Below the pieces are notes generated by a model. That model was given only the letters and a program-made list of their open reading frames with translations. It ran no database searches and was not told the DNA's origin. The translations under genes and the position numbers were made by a program. A stretch of DNA of 64,000 nucleotides, taken from NCBI GenBank assembly GCA_049698215.1, contig JBAVXH010000428.1, forward strand, positions 613-64,612. Direction: 5' to 3'. The stretch is from Xanthobacteraceae bacterium. Lineage in GTDB: Bacteria > Pseudomonadota > Alphaproteobacteria > Rhizobiales > Xanthobacteraceae. Below, piece by piece: positions 60,359 through 64,000 of the stretch (position 1 is its first letter; each line of letters begins with the position of its first letter).

Positions 60359-60877
60359 ATGGCGAGCGCAGGCGATTCCATTCACCCGGTCGCGATCGAG
60401 CATCTGCCGATGTTCATCACGCCGCCGGGCGAGACCGACGTGCTCCTGGTGACGTGCGCGGTCATCCTGGCGGTTTCCGTGCTCGGTTTCGGCGTCTTCT
60501 TCTTCCGTCTGCACTCGCTGCCCGAACACATCGCGCACAAGTCCGACAAGATGCAGGCCGAGCTCGTGGCGGTGCTCTGCCTCATCTCCCTGTTCACGCA
60601 CATGCACATTTTCTGGATCATCGGCCTCGTGCTGGCGATGATCGAACTGCCGGATTTCGGCGGACCGCTCAGCCGCATCGCGGGATCGACCGAGAAGCTC
60701 GCCGGTTTCAAACCCGGGGAAGGCGATGTCGAGGTGCCGCGCGGCGGCGGAGCTCATGGGCACGCCGCCGCGGAGGAACCGCCGCCGGCCGATGCGGGTG
60801 CGAAGCAAGCCGAGGCGATCCCGCTTCCGGCGAGAGAGGCTGCGCAGGCAAAGCACAGGGGGCGCGCCCATGCTTGA
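60359..60877 (+). CDS. DUF3302-like small inner-membrane protein (YiaW/YibI-like) with a disordered C-terminal tail
   Basis: VLLVTCAVILAVSVLGFGVFFFRLHSLPEHIAHK...VLCLISLFTHMHIFWIIGLVLAM resembles E. coli YiaW/YibI (recalled). Alternative start at 60410 (MFITPPG). Confidence 0.5.
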   Translation: MASAGDSIHPVAIEHLPMFITPPGETDVLLVTCAVILAVSVLGFGVFFFRLHSLPEHIAHKSDKMQAELVAVLCLISLFTHMHIFWIIGLVLAMIELPDFGGPLSRIAGSTEKLAGFKPGEGDVEVPRGGGAHGHAAAEEPPPADAGAKQAEAIPLPAREAAQAKHRGRAHA

Positions 60878-62102
60878 GATGATGCTTTGCTCTCTCTTCA
60901 CCATCGTGCCCGACTATCTCTACCGCCGCTACGCGCAGGGAAAGCGCTTCGGCCAGGAGATCAACCTCTACACCGTGTGGTTCGAGCTGCGCTGGGGCAT
61001 CACGGGCTGCATCATCCTCACGGTGCTCCTGATCACCACGGTCTTCTACAATCATCCGGCCACCACCAACGTCACGTTGTATTTCCGCACGGTGCCGATT
61101 ATTTCCGAAGCCGTGGGGCGCGTCGCCGAGATTTTCGTTCCTCCGAGCGGCCCCATCAAAGCAGGGGATCCGATCTTCCGGCTCGACAACACGAAGCAGG
61201 TGGCCGCGGTCGAGACCGCCAAGAGCAAGATCGCCGAGGTCGAAGCATCGCTCGCGGTGGCGAAGGCCGATGTGATGAAGGCGGAAGGACAGGTCCAGGA
61301 GGCCCAGGGCAATGTCCAGCAGGCCCAGGACGAACTCGACACCAAGCTCGAGCTGCAACGCCGCAATGCCGGCGTCGTCGCGCAGCGCGACATCGAGAAA
61401 TTGCAGGTCCGGGTGAGCGCGGCTGAAGGCTCGCTTGCCGCCGCGAACGCCGCAAAGCAGGCAGCCGAGATCAAGGTGTCGCAAGTGCTCCCGGCCGAGA
61501 AGGCGAGCGCCGAAGCCGAGCTTGGGCAGGCGCAAGTCGAGCTGGACAAGACGGTCGTCCGCGCCGGCGTCGACGGGCGCGTCGAGCAGTTCTTCCTGCG
61601 CGTCGGCGACATCGTCAATCCGGTGCTGCGCCCGGCCGGCGTGCTCATTCCGGCGGGCGCGGGCCAGCGCGGCCTGCAGGCCGGCTTCAACCAGATCGAA
61701 GCGCAGATCATGAAGGCCGGGATGATCGCGGAGGTCACCTGTGTGAGCAAGCCGTTCACCGTCATCCCGATGGTCGTTACCGATGTGCAGGACTACATCG
61801 CGGCCGGCCAGTTCCGCGGCGGCGAGCAACTGATCGATCCGAACCAGGTGGCGCGGCCCGGCACGCTGCTGGCGTTTCTCGAACCGCTCTACAAAGGCGG
61901 GCTCGACGGCGTGACGCCGGGCTCAAGCTGCATCGCCAACGCCTACTCGAACAACCATGACGCCATCCACGACCCCGCCACCGGCACCATGAAGGGCATC
62001 GCGCTGCACGCCGTGGATGCGCTGGCGCTGGTGCATGCGCTGATCTTAAGGCTGCAGGCGCTGGTGCTGCCGTTCAAGACGCTCGTCTTCGCCGGGCATT
62101 GA
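60870..62102 (+). CDS. HlyD-family membrane fusion / secretion protein (YiaV/YibH-like)
   Basis: N-terminal TM, then a long coiled coil (AKSKIAEVEASLAVAKADVMKAEGQVQEAQGNVQQAQDELD...) and VVRAGVDGRVEQF beta-barrel motifs. Overlaps the upstream gene by 8 nt. Confidence 0.75.
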   Translation: MLEMMLCSLFTIVPDYLYRRYAQGKRFGQEINLYTVWFELRWGITGCIILTVLLITTVFYNHPATTNVTLYFRTVPIISEAVGRVAEIFVPPSGPIKAGDPIFRLDNTKQVAAVETAKSKIAEVEASLAVAKADVMKAEGQVQEAQGNVQQAQDELDTKLELQRRNAGVVAQRDIEKLQVRVSAAEGSLAAANAAKQAAEIKVSQVLPAEKASAEAELGQAQVELDKTVVRAGVDGRVEQFFLRVGDIVNPVLRPAGVLIPAGAGQRGLQAGFNQIEAQIMKAGMIAEVTCVSKPFTVIPMVVTDVQDYIAAGQFRGGEQLIDPNQVARPGTLLAFLEPLYKGGLDGVTPGSSCIANAYSNNHDAIHDPATGTMKGIALHAVDALALVHALILRLQALVLPFKTLVFAGH

Positions 62103-62243
62103 TCGCCCCGTGTTCACGTCACGCCCACCCGCCTTCTAGCTATAGTCTAGAGGGGCCTGCCGAGACGACCGCAAGCATCGCGACCCCAACGGCCGTGAAG
62201 GCAGAGAGGGCGGCGCGGGGTGTGCTTGGCACCGGTGCAGAGT

Positions 62244-62966
62244 TCACTTCACCATTTCCAATGCCGCGTACGCGATACGCTGGGCGAGATGCGCCCGCGT
62301 CGCGGATGCGGGTGCGCCGCGCAGTTGCGTGAAGGTCAGGCCCTTCCCGCCAAGCTCCGCCAACAGCAGGTCGAGGGAGCCGGCATCGTCCACGTCGTAC
62401 CAGCCGGGAACGTTCACGACCGGCAGGCCAAGTTTACCGGCTCGCGCCACGGTATCGCCGTAGACCGTCGCGGTGCTCCAAGGAATGCCGACGAAAAGCT
62501 CTTCCTGCATCGCCGGGAGGCCGATGAGCGTATAGCCGCCGTCCAGCGCGGGACTCAGTACGACGCTCGTCCGCGTCCGTACCGCCTGTACCGCGTCGCG
62601 CAGGATCGAGGCCGGCAATGTCGGGCTGTCGGCGTTCACCAGGATCACGCCGGCATGCAGCGCGAGCAGTTCACGCATCGCGGTTGCCAGCCGGGCGCCG
62701 AAGTCGCCGTCGCACTGCGGATGCAGACAGAATCCCGCCGGCAGAAGCTGGCTCAAGGCATCCCCGGTTCCGCGCGGCGTGTAGACCGCGTAACCCGTCG
62801 CGCTTCCGTCTTGTGCCACTTCGCCGATTGTCTGCGTGAGGTCGCGAATGAAGCAGGCAGAGAGCGCGGCGCATTCTTCAAGCCGCAGCGGGGGTGAGAG
62901 CCGCGTCTTGGACAGACCAGCGGCCGGCGTCTTGCAGAAGATTCCGACGGCGATCGTGCTTCGCAT
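62244..62966 (-). CDS. DUF2064-family (CofC/glycosyltransferase-like nucleotidyltransferase fold) protein
   Basis: IAVGIFCKTPAAGLSKTRLSPPL is the typical DUF2064 N-terminus (AKxPxxGxxKTRL). Start set at ATG 62964-62966. Confidence 0.6.
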   Translation of the reverse strand: MRSTIAVGIFCKTPAAGLSKTRLSPPLRLEECAALSACFIRDLTQTIGEVAQDGSATGYAVYTPRGTGDALSQLLPAGFCLHPQCDGDFGARLATAMRELLALHAGVILVNADSPTLPASILRDAVQAVRTRTSVVLSPALDGGYTLIGLPAMQEELFVGIPWSTATVYGDTVARAGKLGLPVVNVPGWYDVDDAGSLDLLLAELGGKGLTFTQLRGAPASATRAHLAQRIAYAALEMVK

Positions 62967-63094
62967 TCCGTTCTCCCGACCACGGTCGAACACGTTTGCG
63001 CGGGCGCTGTCACCAACGTGCTTCATGCAAATTCGGCGTGGGGGCGCGAACGTTACTAACCCTCACGCGTTCGTGATGCCGAACACTGTAGGCG

Positions 63095-64000
63095 TCACGC
63101 AAACAGAAGGTCATTTTGCGTGAGTTGATGCTGTGCATCGAGCAGCCAACTCGTCATCGCGCCGGTCGCATCGTTGTGCCACATGATGTCGCTCACGCCG
63201 TTGTGGTCCAAATCACCGATGGCAGCGACGCTCGATCCCACCGGATGCGCACCAAGATCGACGCTCGCCGCCCAGTGACCATCCTCAAGCTCCCAAATCT
63301 CGGCGGTGTTGTCATTGGTCCAGAGAATGTCGCTGGTGCCATCACCGTTGAAGTCCCCGATCGCGGGCCGCCATCCCGGCGGGTGCCCACCGATATCGAC
63401 GCTCGCGGACCATCGGCCACCCTTGAGCATCCAGAAGTCGATATTGTTCGTCTCCGGATTAAACCACGCGATGTCGGTTGCGCCATCGCCATTGAAATCG
63501 CCGGCGCCGATCGGCTGCCATCCGGCCGGATGCGAGCCGAGATCGATGCTTGCCGACCACCCACCGTCCTTGAGCATCCAGATATCGACGTTACCCGATG
63601 CGGCGTTGTACCAGGCGATGTCGCTGGCGCCATCGCCGTTGAAGTCGCTGGTCGCGACGGGCCGCCATGCCATCGGATGTGAGCCGACCTCGATGCTGGC
63701 GGCCCAGCGGCCGTCGGCGAGCTGCCACATGTCGATGGCGCCGGTTGCCGGATTGTACCAGGCGGCATCGCTGGCACCGTCGCCGGTGAAATCGGCGATG
63801 CCGACGGGCACCCAACCAGCGGGGTGATAACCCGTATCGACGCTGCCGGCCCAGCGGCTGTCGGCGAGCTTCCACAGGTCGAGGTTTCCGCTCGCGGCGT
63901 TGAACCAGGCGAGGTCGCCGGTGCCGTCGGCGTTGAAGTCACCGGAACCCACCGGCAGCCAGCCGGCCGGATGCGACCCCACCGAGACGGTCCCGGCAAG
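63095..64000 (-). CDS. FG-GAP/VCBS-repeat protein, C-terminal part; gene continues beyond the right edge
   Basis: At least six ~49-aa repeats HP.GW.P.G.GDFNGDG.SDI.W.N...G....W.L.DG.W.AS.D.G. The frame stays open upstream of the annotated GTG to position 64000 (LAGTVSVGSHPAGW continues the repeat). Confidence 0.75.
   Translation of the reverse strand, partial: LAGTVSVGSHPAGWLPVGSGDFNADGTGDLAWFNAASGNLDLWKLADSRWAGSVDTGYHPAGWVPVGIADFTGDGASDAAWYNPATGAIDMWQLADGRWAASIEVGSHPMAWRPVATSDFNGDGASDIAWYNAASGNVDIWMLKDGGWSASIDLGSHPAGWQPIGAGDFNGDGATDIAWFNPETNNIDFWMLKGGRWSASVDIGGHPPGWRPAIGDFNGDGTSDILWTNDNTAEIWELEDGHWAASVDLGAHPVGSSVAAIGDLDHNGVSDIMWHNDATGAMTSWLLDAQHQLTQNDLLFA

Noticed and set aside
60708-61829. 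373-aa minus-strand ORF
   Set aside because: It is antisense to the HlyD-family gene.
1-64000. Search by eye for rRNA, tRNA, CRISPR arrays, transposases, integrases, prophage genes and large direct or inverted repeats bounding the biosynthetic region
   Set aside because: None recognised. The intergenic gaps are short, and none shows tRNA-like cloverleaf potential or spacer-repeat periodicity. I therefore make no claim of a mobile element or horizontal transfer. A computed GC-skew or k-mer analysis would be needed for that.

Overview
High-GC chromosomal segment that looks alphaproteobacterial. The intergenic palindromic repeats resemble Bradyrhizobiaceae REP-like elements, but that is from memory and was not searched. 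I found no rRNA, tRNA, CRISPR array, transposase or integrase.

Left half (about 1-34.5 kb): one very tightly packed, co-directional minus-strand operon runs from 29.0 kb (29.7 kb if the SnoaL-like gene is included) down to 4.06 kb. It encodes an apparently orphan hybrid PKS-NRPS pathway, in this order:
- MIO-type aromatic amino acid ammonia-lyase
- 4CL/FadD22-like adenylase-ACP loader
- one KS-AT-DH-KR-ACP module
- two flavin-dependent halogenases
- one C-A-T-TE module whose A-domain code I read by hand as Leu
- an unusual tail of lipid-handling genes: patatin, a GT1 glycosyltransferase, two tandem UbiB/ABC1 atypical kinases, a GT9-like protein and a class-3 lipase

Flanking this operon are a PLD-VTT fusion with a translationally coupled EEP phosphoesterase, a divergent aminotransferase / unknown / NeuD-like acyltransferase unit, a PAP2 phosphatase and an Sfp-type PPTase.

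Right half:
- a NitT/TauT-type ABC importer operon interrupted by a SCO copper chaperone and a cupredoxin-like protein
- a block of dehydrogenases and hydrolases
- an IclR plus LivHMGF-type uptake cluster with a clear operator palindrome
- a 4-OT tautomerase and an SMP-30 lactonase
- an ArsS-like radical SAM pair
- an operon starting with two tandemly duplicated secreted ~700-aa single-CxxCH proteins of unknown function, followed by two small membrane proteins, a small secreted protein and a periplasmic amidohydrolase
- a DUF3302/HlyD pair, a DUF2064 protein and an FG-GAP repeat protein that runs off the right edge

Many long ORFs in the six-frame track are antisense or off-frame shadows typical of high-GC DNA, and I rejected them.
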